NCBI GenBank assembly: GCA_022013385.1
Contig: JAKLQJ010000061.1
Span: 1-51,660 of the forward strand
Direction of reading: 5' to 3'
Source of the DNA: Elusimicrobiota bacterium
Lineage (GTDB): Bacteria; Elusimicrobiota; Elusimicrobia; Elusimicrobiales; UBA9959
Length of the DNA: 51,660 nucleotides
Shown here: one piece after another, positions 39,939 through 49,153 of the stretch
How positions within the stretch are numbered: the first letter of the stretch is position 1
Layout: each line of letters begins with the position of its first letter
Program-made: the position numbers and the translations under genes
Notes under the pieces: model-generated
Seen by the model: the letters and a program-made list of their open reading frames with translations, nothing else
The model's database searches: none
What the model was told of the DNA's origin: nothing

Positions 39939-41261
39939 TTAAACCTCCAATTTTTTATCGCTGAAATAGCTTTTTTCTTTATCGTTGGAATCTTTTAATC
40001 GGTCGGGGAGAGCCAAATATCCTTTTATCGCCGAAGCCGCCACAACCGCCGGCGAAGCCAAATAAAGATTTGAGTCTTTGCTTCCCATCCTTCCCTGAAA
40101 ATTTCTGTTTGTGCTGGAAACACAATTTTCACCCGCCGCTATCACGCCTTGATGAATTCCAAGACATGGCCCGCAGCCGGGAGGATTCACGATTGCTCCG
40201 GCCCTTATGAATATTTCAATATATTTTCTTTCCAAAGCCTGCAAATATATTTCCTGGGAAGCCGGAACGATAACTAAACGGCAATCGGGATGAATTTTAT
40301 TTCCGTCCAAAATTTTTGCCGCGACTTCCAAATCTTCAAGCCTTCCGTTTGTGCAGGAACCCAAAACGCCTTGATTGACATTTACCCGCCCCAATTTGGA
40401 AATAGGTTTGATATTGTCAACCTCGTGCGGACAAGCTATTTGAGGTTCGGTTATTTCCTTTTCGGCGTCTATGACTATTTCTTCGGCGTATTTGGCGTCA
40501 GGATCCGCTTTAAGCGTCCAATCGGGATTTCCCTTAACATCTCTTTTAGCGAGATAATCTTTGAGTTTTTCGTCAATGGGCGTAAACGCCGTTTTCGCTC
40601 CCATTTCCATTGAGAGATTGGTTAAAACCATCCTTGAAGCGATAGTCATATCGTCAATCGTCTCGCCGCAAAATTCAACGGCCGAATAATCGGCTCCGTT
40701 AGAGGAAATCTTCCCAATCACATAAAGGATAACATCTTTCGCGTAAACATTCGGATTAAGCTTTCCGTTGATTGTGATTTTAATGGTGCGCGGCACTTTG
40801 AACCAAAGTTTTCCTTCCGTCCATACTCCGGCCATTTCGGTCGCGCCTATTCCGGTCGCCAAAGCTCCAAAAGCGCCGTGAGTCGTGGTATGCGAATCCG
40901 TTCCGACCAAAACCGCTCCCGGCCACACATAACCTTCATCGGGCAAAATTTGATGGCAGATTCCCCCTCTTCCGACATCAAAGAAATTTTTTATTCCTTG
41001 CGCTTTCACGAATTCTCTGAGAGCTTTGTGACTCGTGGCGGTTTTTTCCGATTCAGCGGGGATTCTATGGTCAAAGATGATTACTATCTTATTCGGGTCC
41101 CATACTTTATCCACTCCGATTTCAAGAAAACTTTTTCTTACCATATCGCCATTTTCATGAGACATGGCTATATCAATATCCGCTATCACTATTTCATCGG
41201 GACGAACTTCTTTTTTCCCGCTCGCTCTGGCGAGAATTTTTTCAGCTATTGTCATTGGCAT
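39939..41261 (-). CDS. aconitase-family large subunit (LeuC/HacA type, short archaeal-like form)
   Basis: MTIAEKILA...GTDSHTTTHGAFGALATGIG...GSCTNGRLEDL...CGPCLG, including the Fe-S Cys ligands. 440 aa. Confidence 0.9.
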   Translation of the reverse strand: MPMTIAEKILARASGKKEVRPDEIVIADIDIAMSHENGDMVRKSFLEIGVDKVWDPNKIVIIFDHRIPAESEKTATSHKALREFVKAQGIKNFFDVGRGGICHQILPDEGYVWPGAVLVGTDSHTTTHGAFGALATGIGATEMAGVWTEGKLWFKVPRTIKITINGKLNPNVYAKDVILYVIGKISSNGADYSAVEFCGETIDDMTIASRMVLTNLSMEMGAKTAFTPIDEKLKDYLAKRDVKGNPDWTLKADPDAKYAEEIVIDAEKEITEPQIACPHEVDNIKPISKLGRVNVNQGVLGSCTNGRLEDLEVAAKILDGNKIHPDCRLVIVPASQEIYLQALERKYIEIFIRAGAIVNPPGCGPCLGIHQGVIAAGENCVSSTNRNFQGRMGSKDSNLYLASPAVVAASAIKGYLALPDRLKDSNDKEKSYFSDKKLEV

Positions 41262-41500
41262 TTTTGTTCTCCTTTTAAACGCAGATTACCCTAACACCTG
41301 CGCGTGGCGCTTATAGCGCCACAATATTTGCGGCAGCTTTGCTGCCTGCGCGAGTGGTATGGTTATGCTAAAAACTCTCAAAAACCGCAAAAAACAAAAT
41401 TAAAATTTTAAACTTTATTTCTGTTCTTTGCCTGTGTGTCTTGATTCCCTTGCGCCTTAACATTATCCTTTTTGTTTTTGCGCTCTTTACGCCTTTTCTT

Positions 41501-42697
41501 TTATATTATTTTTTCTTCTTTTAATTCCTCTATCTCTTTTTCGGCATATCCCAAATCCAAAAGTATTTCTTTTGTGTGTTCTGAAAGCTTTGGCGGAGGC
41601 GAATCCACCGAACCGGGCGTTTTTTCAAATTTCGCCGCGAGATTAAATACCGGAACGGCTTTGTTCAGTTCGGAAATATATACCTCGCCTATTGTGTTCC
41701 TGTGAGACACCTGCGGAGCTTTTAAAGCCGAATAAAGATCCAAAATCTCGCCGGAAGGAATTCCCTTTTCATTTAAAGCTTTTTGCCAGTGCTCGGTCGT
41801 ATTTGTTTTTAAAATTTCCTCCAGCAAAGGCGTGAGTTCTTTTCTGTTTTTCTTTCTTATGTCCCGTTCCTGAAATCTCGGGTCGGTTTTAAGATGAGGG
41901 ATACCGAGAACTTGCGTCAAATTTTCCCACTGCTTTTGTTCATTGGCGGCTATATTCAGATAACCGTCTTTCGTCTTGAATGTTCCCGACGGAGCGGCCG
42001 TGAAATTGTCATTTCCCAGCAGAGTCGGTTTTTGCCCGCCGATAAGCAAATTCGCCGCGACCCAGCCCATTAGAGGCATTATGGAATCTATCATGGCTAT
42101 ATCGATTTTTTGCGCCACGCCGTGCCGCTCGCGATGGTATAAAGCGCCCATTATCGCGAAGGCCGCGTTTAAACCGCCAACGGTGTCGCATACGGGAAAC
42201 CCCGCTCTCATGGGATTAAATTGTTCACTTCCGTTTACCGCCATTACTCCGCTTAAACCCTGAATTATTTGGTCATAGGCGGGTTTCATCGCGTCAGGCC
42301 CTGTTTGTCCGAATCCCGAAATGGCGCAATAAATGAGTTTTGGATTTATTTGAGACAGGGTTTTATAAGATAATCCGAGTCTATCCATTACGCCCGGTCT
42401 AAAATTTTCAACCAAAACATCCGCTCTCTTGATAAGTTTTTTAAAGATTTTTTTTGCCGCTTCGCTTTTAAGGTTCAATGTTAATGATTTTTTGTTTGAA
42501 TTTTGCGCTATAAAACTCGTTCCCATGAATTTTTTATTGATTTCGGGAAGACACCCCAGCTTGCGAGCCAAATCTCCCCCTTCCGGATTTTCTATTTTTA
42601 TGACTTGAGCGCCGCAAAGCGCCAATAATTCCGTGCAAAAGGGGCCTGACAGCACATTCGTCATGTCCACGACTTTTATCCCTTCAAGAAGTTTCAC
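41501..42697 (-). CDS. family III CoA-transferase (CaiB/BaiF type)
   Basis: LEGIKVVDMTNVLSGPFCTELLALCGAQVIKIE...VENFRPG. GTG start; its SD (GAGGGGG) is provided by the arm of repeat 42697-42824. Confidence 0.87.
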   Translation of the reverse strand: MKLLEGIKVVDMTNVLSGPFCTELLALCGAQVIKIENPEGGDLARKLGCLPEINKKFMGTSFIAQNSNKKSLTLNLKSEAAKKIFKKLIKRADVLVENFRPGVMDRLGLSYKTLSQINPKLIYCAISGFGQTGPDAMKPAYDQIIQGLSGVMAVNGSEQFNPMRAGFPVCDTVGGLNAAFAIMGALYHRERHGVAQKIDIAMIDSIMPLMGWVAANLLIGGQKPTLLGNDNFTAAPSGTFKTKDGYLNIAANEQKQWENLTQVLGIPHLKTDPRFQERDIRKKNRKELTPLLEEILKTNTTEHWQKALNEKGIPSGEILDLYSALKAPQVSHRNTIGEVYISELNKAVPVFNLAAKFEKTPGSVDSPPPKLSEHTKEILLDLGYAEKEIEELKEEKII

Positions 42698-42824
42698 CCT
42701 ACCACCCCCTCAGTGGCGCCTATGGCGCCACTCAAAAGAATACAAATCCCTGCCCGCCAAGAACGCAACCAACGATGGTTTATGTATTTGGCAGGCGGGA
42801 AAGATTTGTGAGGAGGTGGTAGGG
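42697..42824. repeat. MITE-like element bounded by CCCTACCACCCCCTCA / TGAGGAGGTGGTAGGG, exactly filling the intergenic gap
   Basis: Arms are at 42697-42712 and 42809-42824. The inner hairpins are AGTGGCGCCTATGGCGCCACT and CCCGCC...GGCGGG. Confidence 0.8.
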
Positions 42825-43745
42825 TCATTCTGCCACCTCCGGTTTTAAACCAGTTTTGTGAATTATTCCAGGCAAAGAGCGTTCAAAGAATTTTTCCGCT
42901 TCTTTGGCGACCGAAATAATTTTATCAATCTCAATTTCCTCTTTCACGCCCATTTTGCTGAACATGTGAATCATATCTTCGCTACATACATTGCCCGAAC
43001 TTATCGCCGTAAAAGGGCAGCCGCCAAGCCCGGCGAAAGCGGATTCAAAATATTTAACGCCGGTTTTATAAGCCGCGTAAACATTGGCAAGTCCGAGACC
43101 ATAAGTGTCATGAAAATGACAGGCGCATTCAAGCTGTGAACTTAAAGCTAAAACTTCGCCGAAAAGATTTTCAACTCGCGAAGGGTCGGCGTAGCCCGCC
43201 GTGTCCGCAAGGCTTATCAGTTTTAAATCCGCGTCCAAAAATCTTTTAACAATTTTAAGGACATTTTCTTTGTCGATACGCCCCTCATAACTGCAACCGA
43301 ACGCTGATTGAACCGAAACCTGAACTTTCTTGCCCGCGTCAATCGTTTTTTTAGCCATTGCTATTATTCGTTCTGTCGCATTTGAAACACTCATTCCTGT
43401 ATTTTTTTTGCTATGGGTTTCGCTTGCTGAAACCCCCATGCAAAACATGTCCACTCCGCAGGCAAGACCTCTCTCAAGCCCTTTTTCATTCAAAACAAGA
43501 GCTGAAAGAACGCTATCTTTTCCCTTTCCGGATTTGGCGAAATGAGCGAATATTTCATCTGTATCGGCCATTTGAGGAACTCTTTTGGGGTGAACGAAAG
43601 AACCGACTTGAATCATATCCATCCCCGAACCAATCAAACTTTCAATCCACTTAATCTTGATTTCGGCGGGAACGATTTTTTCTTCAATTTGAAGTCCGTC
43701 TCTTATTCCGACTTCGTGTATGATAATTTTATCCGCGCTAAAAAT
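42825..43745 (-). CDS. HMG-CoA-lyase-like (HMGL family) enzyme; probable non-canonical ATT start
   Basis: GLGGCPF and HFHDTYG motifs. Homology clearly continues upstream of the ORF-track TTG (43637): KIIIHEVGIRDGLQIEEKIVPAEIKIKWIESL. There is no ATG, GTG or TTG between the upstream stop and that TTG. GGGAGG precedes in-frame ATT codons at 43748 and 43745. Confidence 0.75.
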   Translation of the reverse strand: MFSADKIIIHEVGIRDGLQIEEKIVPAEIKIKWIESLIGSGMDMIQVGSFVHPKRVPQMADTDEIFAHFAKSGKGKDSVLSALVLNEKGLERGLACGVDMFCMGVSASETHSKKNTGMSVSNATERIIAMAKKTIDAGKKVQVSVQSAFGCSYEGRIDKENVLKIVKRFLDADLKLISLADTAGYADPSRVENLFGEVLALSSQLECACHFHDTYGLGLANVYAAYKTGVKYFESAFAGLGGCPFTAISSGNVCSEDMIHMFSKMGVKEEIEIDKIISVAKEAEKFFERSLPGIIHKTGLKPEVAE

Positions 43746-43891
43746 AATGCCTCCCGCTTGCGTCTCATTCCGCCACAGACTTCCGGAGGATTTCCCCTTC
43801 GCATGGCCGCCTGCAGTTTTAACTGCTTTTATAACCCGTCTTATTATAGCTTATTATAGGCCGAGGGATTTTACTTATTATTCGTTGCCAA

Positions 43892-45214
43892 TTATTCTTT
43901 TGTTTCTTTGAAATGGATTCCGTTTTCCATTTCCTCCAACTCTTTTAATATGGGCTCATATATGGCGGGTATTACTGGAATATGCACACCTTCGCCCTTA
44001 ATTTTGCCTTCCAGAATAAGCCTTGCCGCGATAGCGGCGGGCAGACTTACGGTTCGGGCCATAGATGTGTCTCCATGCGGAAGGCCGAAGTCAATTAAAG
44101 TTGAATTTATTTTTTCGGTCTTGCCGCCGGACGGATATTCCGTCATGAATTCATGATGCATTACAATCATATCGCGCTCTCCCGGAGCGTATGACATTTT
44201 CTCTATCATGCGCGCTGTCATAATATCAAGCGGAGAACCCTTCTCAATCGGCAATTTTTCATCGCTGAAAAGTCCGAGCCAATCCAACCACTCAATGCCA
44301 TGAAAATCAACGGAAACTCCCCATTTGAGCGCAATGTCCTTTTTGACTGTTTCGAGGCTTGCGCCGGGAATAACGGATGCCGTGAAAGAATTAAAAGTCA
44401 TGTCTTTGAAATCTCTTTCTTTATCGTCGAGCAATCCCGAATTGACAATTCTCCTCATCGCGGCGCACCAGCCCTTATTGCGCAAAGTGCCGCGAAATAC
44501 GGTTTGAGCTTCCTCAAGTCCGTAAATGCCAATATAGCCCATGGAATCTCTGTTCGGATACGACTCAAGCTCGCCTATATCCGGCACATTGAGAATATGC
44601 GTGTCCGCGAAAAGCTCGGGACCCGGAATATCCACCCGCTTGCCGTCTTTCAAGTAAAGGGCGGAGTTTTTTCCCGCCGTTAGCACGCCCCGAGGACTCC
44701 ACGAGAATTTGTATCCCCATATATTTGTGTTGGCTTCAGGCGCGGGCAGACCTCCGCAATAGGATTTGAAACTGGTGATTTTTCCGCCATTTCCCTTCAC
44801 GCGGTCAATGATTTTCATGGCGGACATATGGTCTATGCCCGGGTCCACACCTATTTCATTAAGTATTAATATGCCGGCTTTTTTTGCCTCATTATCCAAT
44901 GCTCGCATTTCGGGGCTGATGTAGGAAGTGGTAACCATAAACTTTTTTTGCGCTAAGCATTCCTTCGCGACCATAGTATGATGCGCGGCCGGCAAAAGGC
45001 TTACCGCTAGATCGTTTTCGTTTATTAAAATTTTCAAACCGGTTTTATCTTCGGCAGTCCACAACTTGGCCGCGCCGTTTGGGTGATTGTCAAGTAAAGC
45101 TTCCGCTTTGCTGACCGTCCGGCTCGCCACCGTCACTAAAAAACCTTTTTCAAGCAAATATCGAACAAGCGGCTTTGAAACCAAGCCCGCTCCCAGCACT
45201 AATATTTTTTTCAT
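43892..45214 (-). CDS. saccharopine dehydrogenase/reductase (LYS9 / AASS-SDH-like)
   Basis: MKKILVLGAGLVSKPLVRYLLEKGFLVTVASR Rossmann N-terminus. 440 aa and overall collinearity with saccharopine reductases. Confidence 0.82.
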   Translation of the reverse strand: MKKILVLGAGLVSKPLVRYLLEKGFLVTVASRTVSKAEALLDNHPNGAAKLWTAEDKTGLKILINENDLAVSLLPAAHHTMVAKECLAQKKFMVTTSYISPEMRALDNEAKKAGILILNEIGVDPGIDHMSAMKIIDRVKGNGGKITSFKSYCGGLPAPEANTNIWGYKFSWSPRGVLTAGKNSALYLKDGKRVDIPGPELFADTHILNVPDIGELESYPNRDSMGYIGIYGLEEAQTVFRGTLRNKGWCAAMRRIVNSGLLDDKERDFKDMTFNSFTASVIPGASLETVKKDIALKWGVSVDFHGIEWLDWLGLFSDEKLPIEKGSPLDIMTARMIEKMSYAPGERDMIVMHHEFMTEYPSGGKTEKINSTLIDFGLPHGDTSMARTVSLPAAIAARLILEGKIKGEGVHIPVIPAIYEPILKELEEMENGIHFKETKE

Positions 45215-45270
45215 GTAGTCTCCTAAAAAACACTTGCGTGTTTTTTACCACCCGTACTTAGATTTAGCCG

Positions 45271-45351
45271 CCTGCCCGCCGATGCAGTAGTGGCGGGCCT
45301 GCCCGCCGATGCAGTAGTGGCGGGCCTGCCCGCCGATGCAGTAGTGGCGGG
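45271..45351. repeat. three exact tandem copies of the 27-bp unit CCTGCCCGCCGATGCAGTAGTGGCGGG
   Basis: Units at 45271-45297, 45298-45324 and 45325-45351. Single related copies occur near 30037-30066 (inverted) and 39350-39380. Confidence 0.95.
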
Positions 45352-45389
45352 ATAGGGGGATATTCATCTCCATATATTGAAGCCTAACC

Positions 45390-46763
45390 TCAATTTTTTT
45401 TCGGCTTGTCCTCCGCGCTTATCCCGCCATAGGCGGAATCTGCGGGGGCAACGAATTTCGCCAAATAACGATAGTCCGGCGTAAGTTTTCCCTGATACAC
45501 GATTATCGCCTTTTTTATAGTTTCGGGTAAAGCGCATTCCTCAAAGCTTACCGACATATCCGCTTTCGCTATTTCCGGCGCGAACGAAATAAGCGCCCTG
45601 CTGAATTCTCTGGAAGAATCCTCAGGCAGTTCCGCGGGCAAATTATCCACGGACAATATTACCGGTCCCGTCCCGCCGCATCCGTCTTTTATTAAAGTCG
45701 TCAAAGGATTATATACGAAAACGGGATTTCCCGAATTCATTATCTTGGCATTGCATTCTATAGCTCCGTTTATGTCGCAGCTTATGTCTCCGATGACTTT
45801 TAATTTTGGGCTTGCTTGCCCCGAATAAAGTTTTTTTAAATAATCTTTTGTGACAAGACGAGGATATTTCGCGTCCCAATAAACGGCGTTGACAATGACC
45901 GTAAGATAAGGAATATATTCTTCAAAGCGGGATTTATATTTTTCAGGATGCAGGTAGTAGTCTTGAAGTTCGAATTTATCGTCGGGCGAAACAGGTTTAA
46001 CCATATGTTCTTCGCGGAACACGACTTTGAATATCCGGGTTTTTATTTTGTCGCGGTCGGAGTTCCGGAAAAAGGATGCCAATCGTTCGGGTTTAATTTC
46101 TTCAACAGGGAAATTCTCAAGAATTTTTTGAGCGCCTAACGATACATTCCCATATCCGGCAAAGCCGATTATTACGGGAGCGATAATATCGGGAAGACCG
46201 CCGGAAGCCAGTTGTTTTCCTATTTCAGCGAGGGATTTGTCGGCATCCGCCAAATTACGATATTCAATTGTCTGTTTGACGGCGCTAAAGGGATTGGGAA
46301 CTTTTTCCCATTCAAGCTTTTTGCCCAGCGCCCAGAGAGAATCTATCATGCCCGCAAGTCCGGCGTGTTTACCGAAAAACACGAGCCGTCTGCCTTTCTC
46401 ATCCATCATCTTTTCGTAATCTATCAACTGGCAACCTAATTCCATAATCCTGCCAAGCAAAGGCATATTGTGCGCTTGGCCTTTGATCGTGTGAGAAAAG
46501 AAGACATAGGTTTTTCCTTTTTGGATGAATTGGACGGGAATTTCCTTGATGCCAAAAATCGCGGCGCATGGAGACATGTCTTCCGCAATTTCCGCGCCGG
46601 CGCGGATGAATTCTTCTTCTCTAATTATCCTCAAATCCGATTTCTGCACCAAAACACCAATGTTATGCTTATTAATGAGATCGGCGACATGTTCGGGAAT
46701 AATAGGCACTCGCCTTTCCCATCGGTTTTTGTCTTCTCTGCGTATTCCAATTGCAATTTGCAT
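45390..46763 (-). CDS. lysine-ketoglutarate reductase-like (AlaDH/PNT-fold, AASS LKR-domain-like)
   Basis: IGIRREDKNRWERRVPIIPEHVADLINKHNIGVLVQKS..RIIREEEFIRAGAEI parallels the LKR N-terminus (RREDxNxWERRAPLxPxH). The ATG at 46763 lies 7 nt after GAGG. Confidence 0.8.
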   Translation of the reverse strand: MQIAIGIRREDKNRWERRVPIIPEHVADLINKHNIGVLVQKSDLRIIREEEFIRAGAEIAEDMSPCAAIFGIKEIPVQFIQKGKTYVFFSHTIKGQAHNMPLLGRIMELGCQLIDYEKMMDEKGRRLVFFGKHAGLAGMIDSLWALGKKLEWEKVPNPFSAVKQTIEYRNLADADKSLAEIGKQLASGGLPDIIAPVIIGFAGYGNVSLGAQKILENFPVEEIKPERLASFFRNSDRDKIKTRIFKVVFREEHMVKPVSPDDKFELQDYYLHPEKYKSRFEEYIPYLTVIVNAVYWDAKYPRLVTKDYLKKLYSGQASPKLKVIGDISCDINGAIECNAKIMNSGNPVFVYNPLTTLIKDGCGGTGPVILSVDNLPAELPEDSSREFSRALISFAPEIAKADMSVSFEECALPETIKKAIIVYQGKLTPDYRYLAKFVAPADSAYGGISAEDKPKKN

Positions 46764-46808
46764 AAGATACCTCACACATATTCTTTTTCAGATTCAGACT
46801 TCGTGGTA

Positions 46809-48368
46809 TCAAACATCAAACTTTACGCCTTGCGCCAAAGGTATTTCATCCGACCAATTTATTCCAACCGTTTGCCTTCGCATATACATTTTCCAAGCGT
46901 CCGAACCGGCTTCTCTTCCGCCGCCCGTTTCTTTCTCGCCGCCAAAAGCTCCGCCTATTTCAGCTCCGCTTGTGCTCATATTAATGTTGGCGATTCCGCA
47001 ATCGCTTCCGAGAGCACTGAGAAAAAGCTCTTCTTCTTTTAAGTTTTGAGTAAATAAAGCTGAAGAAAGCCCCTGCTCCACTCCGTTTTGCAATTCAACG
47101 GCTTCTTTAACATTTGAAACTTTAAATACATAAAGGATAGGAGCGAAGGTCTCTTTTAGAACCATTCCCATTCCTTTATGCGCCTCGACGATACACGGAG
47201 TAACATAACATTTGCTCGGGTAATCTTTAAGCCAATCGCCCCCGCAAAGTATTTTTCCGCCTTCTTTTTTAATTGTTTCGAGAGCTTCCATCATGATGTT
47301 TTTAATGTTTTCGCCCACTAAGGGGCCCATGGTAACGCTTCTATCCAAAGGATTGCCGATTTTGACTTTAGCGTATGTTTTGGAGAGTTTTTTTACCATA
47401 TCATCGTAGATATTCTCATGCAAGATAAGTCTTCTCACAGTCGTGCATCTTTGTCCCGCGGTTCCGACCGCTCCGAAAAAAACGGATTTCAAAGCCAAGT
47501 CAAGGTCGGCGCTCGGCATAACTATTATCGCGTTATTGCCTCCAAGCTCCAATATTATTTTCCCGAGTTTCTTGGCCGCGGCTTCAGCGACTTTGTGTCC
47601 CAATCTACAGCTTCCGGTGGCGCTTACCAATGGAACTCTAGTATCGTTAATCAACTTTTCGCCAATAATTTCGCCTTTGCCGATTACTAAATTCGTCACG
47701 CCTTTCCAGTTTTTCATAATGGGAGCGACAATATTGTGAATAGCTATGGCGCATAAAGGAGTTTTGGAAGACGGTTTCCATATAACGGTGTCTCCGCATA
47801 TAAAAGCGAGCATCGCGTTCCATCCCCATACCGCCATTGGAAAATTGAAAGCGGTGATAACGCCTATATTCCCCAAAGGGTGCCATTGCTCATAGAGTCT
47901 ATGGCTCGCCCTTTCGCTTTGCGTCGTTACGCCATAGAGCTGGCGAGACATGCCAACCGCCAAATCGGCCATATCAATGATTTCCTGAACTTCACCCTCG
48001 GCTTCGGAAAGGATTTTTCCCATTTCCATTGTCAAGAGTTTAGCGAGAGCGATTTTATGTTTTCTTAAAGCGTTGCCTATTTGTCTGACGAGCTCGCCTC
48101 TTTTAGGCGCGGGATACATTGCCCACTTGGCGGAGATTTTTTGTGCGCTTTGAATGATTTTCTCATAATCTTCTTCATTGGCCATTTTCACGCTTGCTAT
48201 TTTTTTACCGTCAACCGGGGAAAGATTTTCAAGCGTATCCCCTTTTTCGTTTTTCAGCCAATCACCGTCAAAAGCCCCGTAATTTACGGGATTAATTCCC
48301 AATTCGGATAAAAATGTTTTATCCGATAAACTCGTTTCATTAAGTTTTATTTTGCTTTTGGTTTCCAT
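46809..48368 (-). CDS. ALDH7-type aldehyde dehydrogenase (alpha-aminoadipic semialdehyde dehydrogenase-like)
   Basis: PAPKRGELVRQIGNALRKHK...LEMGKILSEAEGEVQEIIDMADLAVGMSRQLYG closely parallels the antiquitin-family motif PAPKRGEIVRQIGDAL...GEVQEYVDxCDYAVGLSR. Confidence 0.87.
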   Translation of the reverse strand: METKSKIKLNETSLSDKTFLSELGINPVNYGAFDGDWLKNEKGDTLENLSPVDGKKIASVKMANEEDYEKIIQSAQKISAKWAMYPAPKRGELVRQIGNALRKHKIALAKLLTMEMGKILSEAEGEVQEIIDMADLAVGMSRQLYGVTTQSERASHRLYEQWHPLGNIGVITAFNFPMAVWGWNAMLAFICGDTVIWKPSSKTPLCAIAIHNIVAPIMKNWKGVTNLVIGKGEIIGEKLINDTRVPLVSATGSCRLGHKVAEAAAKKLGKIILELGGNNAIIVMPSADLDLALKSVFFGAVGTAGQRCTTVRRLILHENIYDDMVKKLSKTYAKVKIGNPLDRSVTMGPLVGENIKNIMMEALETIKKEGGKILCGGDWLKDYPSKCYVTPCIVEAHKGMGMVLKETFAPILYVFKVSNVKEAVELQNGVEQGLSSALFTQNLKEEELFLSALGSDCGIANINMSTSGAEIGGAFGGEKETGGGREAGSDAWKMYMRRQTVGINWSDEIPLAQGVKFDV

Positions 48369-48471
48369 AAGTCACCTCTTGAATTTAAATTTGAACTGAT
48401 AAACCGCCAATCAAAAATATATCCCGATTTCCGTGAATTACGAATTTCTTTTTCATACAAATTATAGCACA

Positions 48472-49131
48472 TTAAAATCTGGAAAGTTTTCCAGCTACCG
48501 TCAAATTTGCTTCGGTGTTTTTTATGACTTCGTCCACAGTTGTGTTTTCAGCTATTTCCTCAAGCACAAGTCCTTTTTTTGTAACTCGGATAAAAGCCAT
48601 ATCGGTTACAATTATATCCACTTCTCCTTTGGCGGTAAGAGGAAGCGTGCATTTTTTAAGTATTTTGCACTGGCCTTTTTTGTTTAGATGCTCCATTGCT
48701 ATAATGACGGTTTTGGCGCCTACAACAAGATCCATGGCTCCGCCCATGCCGGGAACCATTTTGCCGGGTATCATATAGTTGGCAAGATTGCCTTGCTCAT
48801 CAACTTCCAATGCGCCGAGCACCGTATAATCCACATGCCGCCCTCGTATGATTGAAAATGACATGGAGGAATCAAAAAAACATCCTCCGGGCGCTATGCT
48901 TACGGGTTTTCCCCCCGCGTTTACCAAATCTTTATCTTCATTTTTTTCTTCAGGTTTTGGGCCGAGCCCGATAAAACCATTTTCAGACTGCAAAAGTATA
49001 GTTTTGTCTTTAGGAAGAAAATTAGCCACTATGGTAGGCATTCCAATTCCCAAATTCACAAGCGCTCCGTCCGGAAATTCATTGGCTATTCTTGTGGCTA
49101 TTCTCGCTCTCTTAATTTCTTTTTCATCCAT
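48472..49131 (-). CDS. family I 3-oxoacid CoA-transferase, subunit B
   Basis: VNLGIGMPT...LQSENGFIGLGP contains the catalytic-Glu SENG motif. Confidence 0.9.
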   Translation of the reverse strand: MDEKEIKRARIATRIANEFPDGALVNLGIGMPTIVANFLPKDKTILLQSENGFIGLGPKPEEKNEDKDLVNAGGKPVSIAPGGCFFDSSMSFSIIRGRHVDYTVLGALEVDEQGNLANYMIPGKMVPGMGGAMDLVVGAKTVIIAMEHLNKKGQCKILKKCTLPLTAKGEVDIIVTDMAFIRVTKKGLVLEEIAENTTVDEVIKNTEANLTVAGKLSRF

Positions 49132-49153
49132 TTCAAAATCTCCCCTAAATTAT

